Shown: positions 39,679 to 48,445 of the stretch, one piece after another
How positions within the stretch are numbered: position 1 is the first letter of the stretch
Layout of the letters: every line of letters starts with the position of its first letter
Source: an uncultured virus (IMG/VR IMGVR_UViG_2654588052_000002)
Lineage: Duplodnaviria; Heunggongvirae; Uroviricota; Caudoviricetes
IMG/VR virus record: IMGVR_UViG_2654588052_000002
Coordinates: 1 to 64,000 of that record
Reading direction: 5' to 3' (one strand)
DNA: 64,000 bases
Translations under genes and position numbers: made by a program
The notes under the pieces: model-generated
Seen by the model: only the letters and a program-made list of their open reading frames with translations
Database searches by the model: none
What the model was told of the DNA's origin: nothing

Positions 39679-40110
39679 ATGTTAAAGAAACTAGCAATTG
39701 GGGCATTAGCAACTGGGATTGCTTTATCTGGGGCCGGAGGAGCATTTGCAGCCGAACAACCTAAGGTAGTTGATAAAAAGGTTTCATCCAATTCCATAGC
39801 ATCGGTTGATGTAGGTAATGGGCAAACTGACGGAACACTTTATTCTATTAGTGCTTATCGTTTAATTCCAGTAAAAGCTTCGAGTTTAAGTCAAAAATCA
39901 CTTTCTGTGGATTTATGGGGACACTCAGATACTAAAATTTCTATTTATGAAGATAGCGAGTATGGTAGACTTTTAGGTTCATGGACAATGTCTGAAACAC
40001 CAAAGACTGTAAGCATTAACCCTAGTAAAACTTATTATTTACGTATTGGTGTAATGCCATATAGCCAAAATAGTCCGTGGAACTATGTGGTAAATTGGCA
40101 ATTTAAATAA
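39679..40110 (+). CDS. Secreted protein
   Basis: Sec signal MLKKLAIGALATGIALSGAGGAFA. Confidence 0.78.
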   Translation: MLKKLAIGALATGIALSGAGGAFAAEQPKVVDKKVSSNSIASVDVGNGQTDGTLYSISAYRLIPVKASSLSQKSLSVDLWGHSDTKISIYEDSEYGRLLGSWTMSETPKTVSINPSKTYYLRIGVMPYSQNSPWNYVVNWQFK

Positions 40111-40148
40111 TTAAGAAAAAGTCCTGTTTATACAGGGCTTTTTTCTTT

Positions 40149-40175
40149 GCAGGAATTTGCTACTCATCATGGAAT
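40149..40175 (+). promoter_or_regulatory. SigH-type promoter
   Basis: GCAGGAATT-N11-ATGGAAT. Confidence 0.65.
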
Positions 40176-40202
40176 ACTCTCACTAGGAGGTGTTGTGACG
40201 TT

Positions 40203-40790
40203 ATGACGGACGAAATTGTTTATTCTGCTAGTGAAGTATACAAAAGACTAGGAATAAGTGATAGCACCCTTAGAAAGTACATGGAAGTATTACAGCGCGA
40301 GGGATTCGCAGTAAAGAAAGATAACCGTGGCAGACGCCAATACACAGACAATGACATTATGGTGATTGAGAAATTAATTGAACTGAGTAAGCATGACGGT
40401 ATGACGCTAGAGAAAGCAGCGAAGATGATTGCGCAGCAAATAGAGAAAGTTAATCCGGATCTGATTCAAGAAGAGGCTGAAGAAACGGATTTAGTGCCAT
40501 TCCACATTAAACAGCAATTACAGGAACAGTACAGCGTTATGGCGCAAGAAATGAATCAGAGTATGTTAGCGATGGAGAAACGATTAAGTGAGCAGGCGAA
40601 GCAAAGTAACGAGGAAATCAAAGCAAGCGTAGAAGCACATAATGAACGAGTGGAAAAACGATTGGAAGCGCGTGATGAGACTTTGATGAAGACATTACGA
40701 GAAATGCAGGAAACGAAGAGAGTGATGCAAGAATTTCGAAATGAGGTTGCTGCAGCGAAAGAGAGGAAGCCGTGGTGGAAGTTCTGGTGA
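40203..40790 (+). CDS. MerR-like HTH coiled-coil protein (DUF3967; RacA/RocS-like architecture)
   Basis: EVYKRLGISDSTLRKY..RRQYT; coiled coil; C-terminal RKPWWKFW. Confidence 0.82.
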   Translation: MTDEIVYSASEVYKRLGISDSTLRKYMEVLQREGFAVKKDNRGRRQYTDNDIMVIEKLIELSKHDGMTLEKAAKMIAQQIEKVNPDLIQEEAEETDLVPFHIKQQLQEQYSVMAQEMNQSMLAMEKRLSEQAKQSNEEIKASVEAHNERVEKRLEARDETLMKTLREMQETKRVMQEFRNEVAAAKERKPWWKFW

Positions 40791-40898
40791 AAACAAGGCG
40801 GTTCCCTTGTGAGAGTAGGGTTCCTCTTTGTCTTCGCTACGGATAATGATGCGCTTTGTTAAAATCAATTTAAATAAAACATTTGGAGGAATGGACTT

Positions 40899-41399
40899 AT
40901 GTCTAATGAAGTTTTGCCTTTCACAGTAAGACTAGCTACTCCAGAAGATTTTTGGAATATATCAAATATAAACAAGCAAGTTCAACAGTTACATATAGAG
41001 GGAAGACCAGATATTTACTCTGATACTTCAGCTTCTTTGGATCACAATGCATACGAAGAGTGGCTTAATGATAAAACCATAGAGATATTTGTAGTAGAGG
41101 CCAATAATAAAGAGATTCTTGCTTATTTAATCTTAGATATTAAAGAACCAGCCGAAAATCCAAAGTTAGTTGAGCGAAAAGTACTCTTTATCCGCAATAT
41201 TGGTGTAAGTGAAATATGTCAAGGAACAGGAATAGGAAAAATATTAGTACAAAAAGCATTTGAGTATGCTAAAGAAATACAAGCAACAAGTGTAGAATTA
41301 AATGTTTTAGAATTTAACAAGAAGGCTATACAATTCTATGAAAAACTTGGATTTAAAACACAGAGTCGGCAAATGGAATTTGTATTACCTGATGCTTAA
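40899..41399 (+). CDS. GNAT acetyltransferase
   Basis: QGTGIGKIL, N..AIQFYEKLGF. Confidence 0.9.
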   Translation: MSNEVLPFTVRLATPEDFWNISNINKQVQQLHIEGRPDIYSDTSASLDHNAYEEWLNDKTIEIFVVEANNKEILAYLILDIKEPAENPKLVERKVLFIRNIGVSEICQGTGIGKILVQKAFEYAKEIQATSVELNVLEFNKKAIQFYEKLGFKTQSRQMEFVLPDA

Positions 41400-41461
41400 A
41401 ACTATTTCCTATATCGATAAGGGAAAAGCCCGATTAAATTAACCGGGCTTTTTTTGATGAC

Positions 41462-42415
41462 TTATTTCGTTATATCAATAGCCTTCATTAGTGGTACGGA
41501 TATATTCCAACCTGCTTGTGATGTATAAGAATAACTTCCTTCAATATTTCCTGTTACTGTAACTATATCTTTTTCAACAAATTCTGTTGGTTTATCGAAG
41601 GTTACATAGACAATGTCGTTGGTGTTATATCCATATGACCTTTTTGTAACAGCTAATCTAATATCAGTTGAACCGCCACTTTCTATGATCTGAACAATTT
41701 CACCAGTATATTTCACTAATTCGTCCTTGTGTCCATCCGGATTTTTCTTTAATTCAGGATAAGAAAGATCTTTTGCTAGTTTCTTTTTTTCTTCAATATT
41801 TACTTTTTCGGCTTCTTCTGCTGATAGAGCATTTTCAATATTTACTTTTCCAGCATTAATTCCTCTAACTTTAAATCCATTTTCTATCTCTTCTAATTCC
41901 CCATTAGATTTATAGTTTTTTTCGAAATTGTCATAGTCTTTGAATGCATCTAATGCAGCTTTGTTTTCGGCATCAACAGTAAAAGTCATTTTAAAATCAT
42001 AGTTTCCATTTTTAACAACTTCACGTCCTGACGTTTCGGATACATGGTCACCAAATTCAAAATGAAAATTCCCATCATGAACAGTGCTCTCTTTTGACAT
42101 TACTGCTATATATTCTTTTTCTGGCTCTTTGATAACACCTTTTGCTTTTGATCCTTCCGGCATATTTGTTTTTACATTTACCGTTAACATTTTAGTTTCT
42201 GGATTATAAGAGTATTCGCCTACTTCAAAATTAATTGCTTCTTTTTGTGCTTCTTTTTCGGCTTGTTCTTTTTCTAATCTTTGCTCATGTTCTGTCCAAG
42301 ATTCCCTTTTTTTCTCTTCTGCTTTTTCTCCATTCCCACAGCCGCTAGCGAAGAGCGATGCAGCAAGAATAATTCCGCCAATTTTATAATGTCTTTTCAA
42401 TGCACGATCCTCCAA
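41462..42415 (-). CDS. Lipoprotein with C-terminal OB-fold-like domain
   Basis: Lipobox ASGC; YPELKKNPD..VKYTGEIVQ. Confidence 0.75.
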   Translation of the reverse strand: MEDRALKRHYKIGGIILAASLFASGCGNGEKAEEKKRESWTEHEQRLEKEQAEKEAQKEAINFEVGEYSYNPETKMLTVNVKTNMPEGSKAKGVIKEPEKEYIAVMSKESTVHDGNFHFEFGDHVSETSGREVVKNGNYDFKMTFTVDAENKAALDAFKDYDNFEKNYKSNGELEEIENGFKVRGINAGKVNIENALSAEEAEKVNIEEKKKLAKDLSYPELKKNPDGHKDELVKYTGEIVQIIESGGSTDIRLAVTKRSYGYNTNDIVYVTFDKPTEFVEKDIVTVTGNIEGSYSYTSQAGWNISVPLMKAIDITK

Positions 42416-42693
42416 GATGTTTTGTAATAAGCTTTTTGTCGTATTATATTATAACAGAAATGTAATATTGTTCAATTTTGTTACTGAGATTCCATTTTTA
42501 AGGTGATTAACTTTTCTTTTATAGGTAGTCCATCGCTAAATGTCTTCTATTAATGATAATTATTTAAATGAACTAGTGGTGGAAGTTCTGGTGAGGGTAA
42601 GGAGACCAGGTTAGTTGAATAAGGAATAATACCATTTTCTTCTATTTGGATATATAATTAATTTGTATTTTATATATAAGTGGGAGGAAATTT

Positions 42694-43164
42694 ATGACTA
42701 CAAATAAGGACTACATTCGTTATATTCGGGAAAAAGTAGGGCACGATTTAATATTTCTTAATTTTGCTGGAGGTATTGTTTATAACGAACGAAATGAAAT
42801 CCTTTTACAAAAGAGGGGAGATAGAAATGAGTGGGGTCTTCCAGGTGGTGCTATGGAACTTGGAGAATCTCTTGAAGAAACCGCTAAACGAGAAATACTT
42901 GAGGAGACAGGATTAAATGTTGAAGTTGAACATCTTATAGGTGTCTACTCTAAATACTCTGGTGAGTTTCCGAACGGAGATAAAGCTCAGACTATCGTTC
43001 ATTGTTTTCAATGCAAGCCAATTGATGGGGAACTTACTACAGACGGTATTGAAACTTTAGATTTAAAATACTTCCCAATAGACCAAATACCGAAATTATT
43101 TACAAAACTACACGAAGATGCCTTAGAAGATTGGCTTTCAAAAAGAAAAGGTGTATTTAGATAA
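42694..43164 (+). CDS. Nudix hydrolase
   Basis: GGAMELGESLEETAKREILEETGL Nudix box. Confidence 0.93.
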   Translation: MTTNKDYIRYIREKVGHDLIFLNFAGGIVYNERNEILLQKRGDRNEWGLPGGAMELGESLEETAKREILEETGLNVEVEHLIGVYSKYSGEFPNGDKAQTIVHCFQCKPIDGELTTDGIETLDLKYFPIDQIPKLFTKLHEDALEDWLSKRKGVFR

Positions 43165-43491
43165 AAAGACTTTCAAATTAATTATTCATAATATTTAACC
43201 AACTGGCGCTTTAATTGAACAAGAAAATAAAAACTTTTAACTTCCCCTAAAGATAATTAAGTTAATGATCTAGTGGTGGAGGTTCCTGTAAGGATAAGAA
43301 GAGGAACGTATAAAAATAGAGTTGTAGAAATAGAAAGAGTGGATTCCTTCTAAGAGTAAGGATTCCCCTTTTTCATTGCTACTGATAATGATGCGTTATG
43401 TTAACTGCATATGTATAGAGTATACAGTCAAAAAAGCACAATACATCGCTTCTTCTAAATGGTACAATTAGGGAAAGAGGGGTGGAAGAAT

Positions 43492-43680
43492 ATGTATGAT
43501 TACAAATTTGTGAAAGTCGAAATGGATGGATGGAAAGGGCAACCCAAAGAAGATTATAAGCGTATTATTATAGAACATGCTGAAGATGGTTGGGAATTTG
43601 TTCAAGTCCTTACTCTAACACTTGCAGGATATACGACTTCTTTGGAGATTATCTTCAAACGAACCAAAGAACTTCTTTAA
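43492..43680 (+). CDS. DUF4177-family small protein
   Basis: MYDYKFV..DGWEFVQ..IIFKR. Confidence 0.75.
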   Translation: MYDYKFVKVEMDGWKGQPKEDYKRIIIEHAEDGWEFVQVLTLTLAGYTTSLEIIFKRTKELL

Positions 43681-43874
43681 AAAACGAAAGAAGTTTGCCT
43701 TAAATAACATACAAAAAGAACTGGAGTATTTTGGAATCTAATAGTTCTCGATTTAACTTATAAGACAAATAAGCTAATATTAATCAACTCCCAATAACGA
43801 AAGTTATGTACATAAGATAGTGATTGTAGTAAGAGTATAACTACATAAAAAATAAGCCCTACAAAAAGTAGGGA

Positions 43875-44141
43875 TTATTTTTTATCAGAAACTATGTCAT
43901 TTAGAATGTTCTGCTCATGTGCATTCAATTTATTAGCAATGTAGTAATCCAATATTTCATCAATAAGCTCATAATTTTTCATGTCTTTCATTGTGCAAAT
44001 GGTCTTTATTTTATTAAGTGTTTCAGGCGATACTTTTATATTTTTTCTGTCTGCTGCTGACAATGAATTCTTTTTCTTTGTCGCAGGATTATCTTGAACA
44101 GGTGTCACAGTCACTAAGTATTTTTTATCCAAATTGACCAC
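43875..44141 (-). CDS. Ribbon-helix-helix-like small protein
   Basis: KNIKVSPETLNKIK..YELIDEILDYY; similar to the upstream partition adaptor. Confidence 0.65.
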   Translation of the reverse strand: MVNLDKKYLVTVTPVQDNPATKKKNSLSAADRKNIKVSPETLNKIKTICTMKDMKNYELIDEILDYYIANKLNAHEQNILNDIVSDKK

Positions 44142-44208
44142 TCCTATTTAGTATATTATCCCAAACTATTAAAACTAATTTGCGTATCTTATGTAGAGAG
44201 AAAAGTGG

Positions 44209-44254
44209 AAATATAGAAATATCCCTATTTCTAAATAGGGATATTTCTATATTT
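44209..44254. repeat. Perfect palindrome, 22-bp arms (parS-like)
   Basis: AAATATAGAAATATCCCTATTT-CT-AAATAGGGATATTTCTATATTT. Confidence 0.85.
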
Positions 44255-44628
44255 TTAAATCTCTGTTAATAGCTTGAATTTTCTTTTCTGTTCAGGCGTT
44301 AGCTCATTTTCTACATAGCGATCTATAAGTAAATCGATGATTTCATAAGCGAATTTTGTGTTTGTAAGTTTCATTAATACTTCTAGTTCTTCTTTTGATT
44401 GATTAGAAATTTTAATGCTGCCTTGCTGATTTTTAAATTTCTTTTTTGATTCAGTTTTTTCGTTTCTTTTTTCTTTTCGAGTTACTTGTTTTTCTTCAGA
44501 CTTAGGTTGAGAAGGAGTAACTGGAACCTCGTTATTTTCCACCGTAGCTTGTCCTTGCTCTGGTACATAAGGCTCAGTAGGTTCAAAGTTACTTTTCTTT
44601 CTACCTAATAAACCAGGAGTTCTCGCCA
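44255..44628 (-). CDS. Centromere-binding adaptor (type Ib ParB/ParG-like)
   Basis: Disordered N-terminus plus RHH-like SIKISNQSKEEL..YEIIDLLIDRY; directly after parA. Confidence 0.7.
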
Positions 44629-44630
44629 TT

Positions 44631-45452
44631 TTAAACACCAACCTTCATTTTTTCAAACATATCAATACGAGATAATAATTCATCACTAATTGTTTCGTAT
44701 AGTTCAATTACATTCATATCATGTCTATCTTTTTCAGTGATACCATTAACATCAAATCGTTTAATACGCTCCATTTGAGGAACGATGTTTTTGAATAGGT
44801 TTTCTTCACCGAAAATTTCACGTGCATTTTCCATGATATATTCGTCAACCTTACCGTTATTTTTTAATAGAACAGGAAGAATACCGACTACTTCAATATC
44901 AAGATCATATTGTTCTTTTAACTTGATAAGCTCATTAACATAATTCTCAGCGCCAGTAAGAGAACGTTCTTGTGTTTGTAGAGCGATTAGAACATAATCA
45001 GAAGCTACAACGGCGTTCTTTGTAACTTCTAATGACATTGGAGGAACATCGATAAATATGTAGTCGTATTTATGCTTTATCTTTTCAAGCAATCCTCGGA
45101 AGTAATGATCTTCTTCAGCTTCCGAAGAACAATTTTTATAAAGGAATTTTGCGAAGTCCTGGAAATCAACGTAAGAAGGAATTAAATATAAGTTATCCGT
45201 AATTTCTACTTCTAAGCCATCCAAGTTCCCCTCTTGTATCCCTTTCATTAATGTTTTTTCAACAGTAACGATTTCATCAGGGTTAAGGATTGATTTTGTT
45301 AACATTAAAGATTTTGTTGCGTTACTTTGTGGATCAAGATCAACGAGTAATGTACGCTTACCTTTTTTAGCAAATTCATAAGAGTTCAATACAGCATTTG
45401 TGGTTTTACCGACTCCACCTTTGTAATTACCTACAGTAATTGTAATGGCCAT
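44631..45452 (-). CDS. parA: ParA Walker-type partition ATPase (type Ib)
   Basis: KGGVGKTT, VDLDPQSNAT, YIFIDVPP; no N-terminal HTH. Confidence 0.92.
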   Translation of the reverse strand: MAITITVGNYKGGVGKTTNAVLNSYEFAKKGKRTLLVDLDPQSNATKSLMLTKSILNPDEIVTVEKTLMKGIQEGNLDGLEVEITDNLYLIPSYVDFQDFAKFLYKNCSSEAEEDHYFRGLLEKIKHKYDYIFIDVPPMSLEVTKNAVVASDYVLIALQTQERSLTGAENYVNELIKLKEQYDLDIEVVGILPVLLKNNGKVDEYIMENAREIFGEENLFKNIVPQMERIKRFDVNGITEKDRHDMNVIELYETISDELLSRIDMFEKMKVGV

Positions 45453-45477
45453 TTTTAACACTCCAGTTATAGTTTTT

Positions 45478-45825
45478 GAAATTTCCCTATATCCCTTTAT
45501 AGAAATAGGGAAAAATAGAAATAGGGAAATAGGGATATTTCTAACTATAGAAATAGGGATATTTCTATATCTTTATGAAAATTATAACAATGATATTTGG
45601 GTTATGCAATAGAATCATAGAGTTAGTAATTAATAACAGAAACGTTGATATTAAAAGATTTTTCAGTTGTATGAAGTATAGAAATTTAAGTAATAAATCT
45701 GAATTTTTTTATAGGAGATAGTAGACGCAAAAATAATAAAAATAGGGAAATATAGATATAGGGAAAAGGGGAAATATCCCTATATCTATAAGTGGAAATA
45801 GGGAAATAGGGAAATAGGGATATTA
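45478..45825. repeat. parS/operator clusters of ATAGGGA(A/T)AT / ATAGAAAT units
   Basis: Multiple tandem and inverted copies at 45478-45570 and 45738-45825 upstream of parA. Confidence 0.75.
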
Positions 45826-45989
45826 TTCAGAAAGTGTGCAAATTCACTGTTTACAAAGGATAATGCTTGTTGTAACGTAGTAAACAACAAGCACCATTCT
45901 ACAAAACAAAACATAATTTGATATTTTACATAAATGAAGATCATGAAGATTGAACGAGATAAATTAAAGACAATTGAATATGAACACAA

Positions 45990-46166
45990 AACAAAAAGCC
46001 ACTCCCGTATGCTAATGGCTACCAACCTTTAGCGGGAATGACTTGCTCTAGCAAGTGTACCACCACTTGACTAGAAATTAGCTGTATTAACCCACAGTGT
46101 TAACGTTTAAGAAGTGTACCACCACTAACCTTAAACAACTATGCCTTTTCACGAGGCTTCTTTGAT
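45990..46166 (-). ncRNA. Candidate antisense copy-control RNA (~175 nt)
   Basis: SigA promoter TTGAAT-N17-TAAAAT (46201-46173); hairpins with GUGGUA and UUGGUAG loops; G-U containing terminator plus U-run. Confidence 0.7.
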
Positions 46167-46249
46167 ATACCCATTTTATCTATTGTTTGACTAAAATTCA
46201 ACTAGTAAATGCTAGAATTGTATTTTTTGTAGTCAAAAGATATATAGCG

Positions 46250-46321
46250 GGCATCTCTAAACCTAGAAGTCTTGTGAATCTACAGGCCATTTAGGAATTG
46301 GAGATGCCTTTTTGTTTTTTG
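46250..46321 (+). terminator. Long terminator/attenuator-like hairpin
   Basis: GGCATCTCTAA..TTGGAGATGCC followed by TTTTTGTTTTTT. Confidence 0.7.
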
Positions 46322-46880
46322 TTCGCGTGGAATTGCCTGATACCACGTAAATAAAAACTGATAAGCCGTAATTTCGTGCTTCTATATAGAGGGAACGTGT
46401 TACGTGCGTGGCTAGCTGTTGGTCGTGCAGGGGGTACAGAGTATGCGCCTACAAAAACAGCACCCCTCATTAGAATCCTGTTCTTCTGGTGAGGGAGGGC
46501 GAGAACTTGCCCAGGGACGATTCCCTAAAAGGTTCGGGAGGTTATCGTTAGCATTACGGTGCTAGGGAGTACATTCAGTTTGTCGTGTAGGGACGATATT
46601 ACAAGGACAAGCCATAGAAAAAGGATGTATGCGGTGAAAATCGCTGAGTGAACAGGGTCTATACATACGGATACCTTATAAGTGACCGCATGGCGAAAAC
46701 AAGACGCTTATCCATCTATTTTGATCGATTACTTTTTTGTGATCTTTCAAAGTAGGGGATAAATTTGCCTTCCAGCCGTGTTCCATAATCGTTCCCACAT
46801 GATAAAAACCCTCAAGACCTTCAGTCAAGCTTAATTACGAAGAAAAGCAGAAAAATATGAGAGTGTTTAACTCATGGGGG
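46322..46880 (+). ncRNA. Candidate ~550-nt structured RNA / replication origin region
   Basis: ORF-free, GC-enriched; many stems with G-U pairs, UACG and GAAA tetraloops; long-range GGGAACG/CGTTCCC. Confidence 0.6.
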
Positions 46881-47091
46881 AATGAATCACTAAGATAGAG
46901 GAATAAATATAGGATTTACTACTTTTTTGGTTAGAGGATAAGGGGACGGATGGTAGAATAGGTTTTATTGCAAGATTTGGTTTTACACATCGGATATAGT
47001 ACGTGAAATTTATAAGGTTAATTTCTTGTTTATAGAAATTAAGTATTATTTTACAATTGATTAGAAGGATAAAATTTAAGGGGAATATTTT

Positions 47092-47769
47092 ATGACTAAT
47101 AATCTTATAGAGAAGAATTGGATAGATGATTTTATTAAAACAGATGTATTTTCAGAGGCTTTAGGTATGGTATGGCGTAATGGTTATGAATCAGGAGGTT
47201 ATTTTCAATTCACTCATAAGTCACAAGTGATAGTAAAAAAGTTTGCTGATTTCTTTGGGAAAGAAACAAGATCAAGATATTGTGAAGATAAAGGGTATGT
47301 GGAATGGTATATGTCTATGAATAGTGACCATCCATTTATTACAAAGGTAAAAGAATTTGGTTGGACACCGATACGAGGAAAATCTAGGTTATTTCCTAAA
47401 GGTGAGTTTAATAAAAAAATATTCATTAAAAAATATGTTTTATTGAGGCATGAACTTGGCACGATCAAAGTTAAACGACCTAAAAATAAAATTTATGTTA
47501 GACCACGCTTTCGTATTCATGGGTCTGAAGATATCTTGGAGCATTTAAATAATTTTATGTTTGAAGAATTAGGCATTAAGAAGAAAAAATTACAAACTGA
47601 CGGGAAAATACCAAAAGCAAAAATTTTATATTTTCAATCTTACAAAGATATAGAGAGTATTTTGATATATATTGGAGCTTCAGAGACATTAGAAACGTTG
47701 TATTCGTTCGATTTAGGATTTCATGATGCTGAAGATGAAGAATTTAAGAAGACCGATCTAGGGAAATAA
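47092..47769 (+). CDS. Degenerate LAGLIDADG-fold-like protein
   Basis: EALGMVWRNG and FIKKYVLLRHELG at the two motif positions; IHGSEDILEHLNNFMFEELGI. Confidence 0.55.
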   Translation: MTNNLIEKNWIDDFIKTDVFSEALGMVWRNGYESGGYFQFTHKSQVIVKKFADFFGKETRSRYCEDKGYVEWYMSMNSDHPFITKVKEFGWTPIRGKSRLFPKGEFNKKIFIKKYVLLRHELGTIKVKRPKNKIYVRPRFRIHGSEDILEHLNNFMFEELGIKKKKLQTDGKIPKAKILYFQSYKDIESILIYIGASETLETLYSFDLGFHDAEDEEFKKTDLGK

Positions 47770-47923
47770 GTAGGTTTTTAGGAGGGGTATTACTATCTCA
47801 TTGGATAAAAATTTAACATTTTATGATTATAAGAATAGTTTTCAACTTTTAATCTAATGTAAAGTTAGTGAGAGGTTTATTTTATATCAAAATGTTAATT
47901 AAAAAAGAGTTAGAAGTGATTAT

Positions 47924-48103
47924 TTGAATAAATTAATATTATTGTCTTTATTGGCTACATTTTGTTTAAATATCGCAGGATGTTCTAATGATATGGCTAT
48001 ACCAAGGGATAATGCTAAATTCTCAACACCTAAGAAGGTTAAATGCATTAACAAAGCATGGTACAAAAAACATATGTTAGGTAATAGTTTAAAGAAACTT
48101 TAA
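47924..48103 (+). pseudogene. Short or truncated lipoprotein ORF (59 aa)
   Basis: TTG start; MNKLILLSLLATFCLNIAGC lipobox; early stop. Confidence 0.4.
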
Positions 48104-48445
48104 ATGGTGGATGATAAAGATTATAAGAGAACAATAACAATATATTAATCATAATATTTTTATAATATGATTAATATCTATAAATTTATCTAAAAAGACT
48201 ATCAGTAATGGTGGAATGTGGTGGAGTTTCTCTTAAAATATTGAAATTACTTTTTATGAAGAAAAGACACCTTAAGGTGCCTTCCCCCGACTTGAATTAT
48301 TTTAACTTTAAATCGTATCATTTTTCAAATTATAATAAAATCTTTTTATTTCATATAAATATATAGCATTTAATATAAAAATATGACATTATATAACATG
48401 AATTTCTATTTTATTTAATATTTTTCCAAAGGAGGAAGATTTATC

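Larger units (their letters stand above)
40836..43814 (+). repeat. Five directly oriented dif-like (Xer) sites
   Basis: 40836-40864, 42543-42570, 43240-43267, 43378-43406, 43787-43814; best right arm TTATGTTAACT, best left arm ACTTCCCCTAA. Confidence 0.55.

Noticed and set aside
46620..46670. Group II intron domain V (GTATGCGGTGAAAATCGC)
   Set aside because: No AGC/CGC triad at the stem base, an insertion replaces the bulge, no RT gene or interrupted host gene; resemblance only
46322..47769. Group I intron with homing endonuclease
   Set aside because: Could not find P7 core elements or flanking exons
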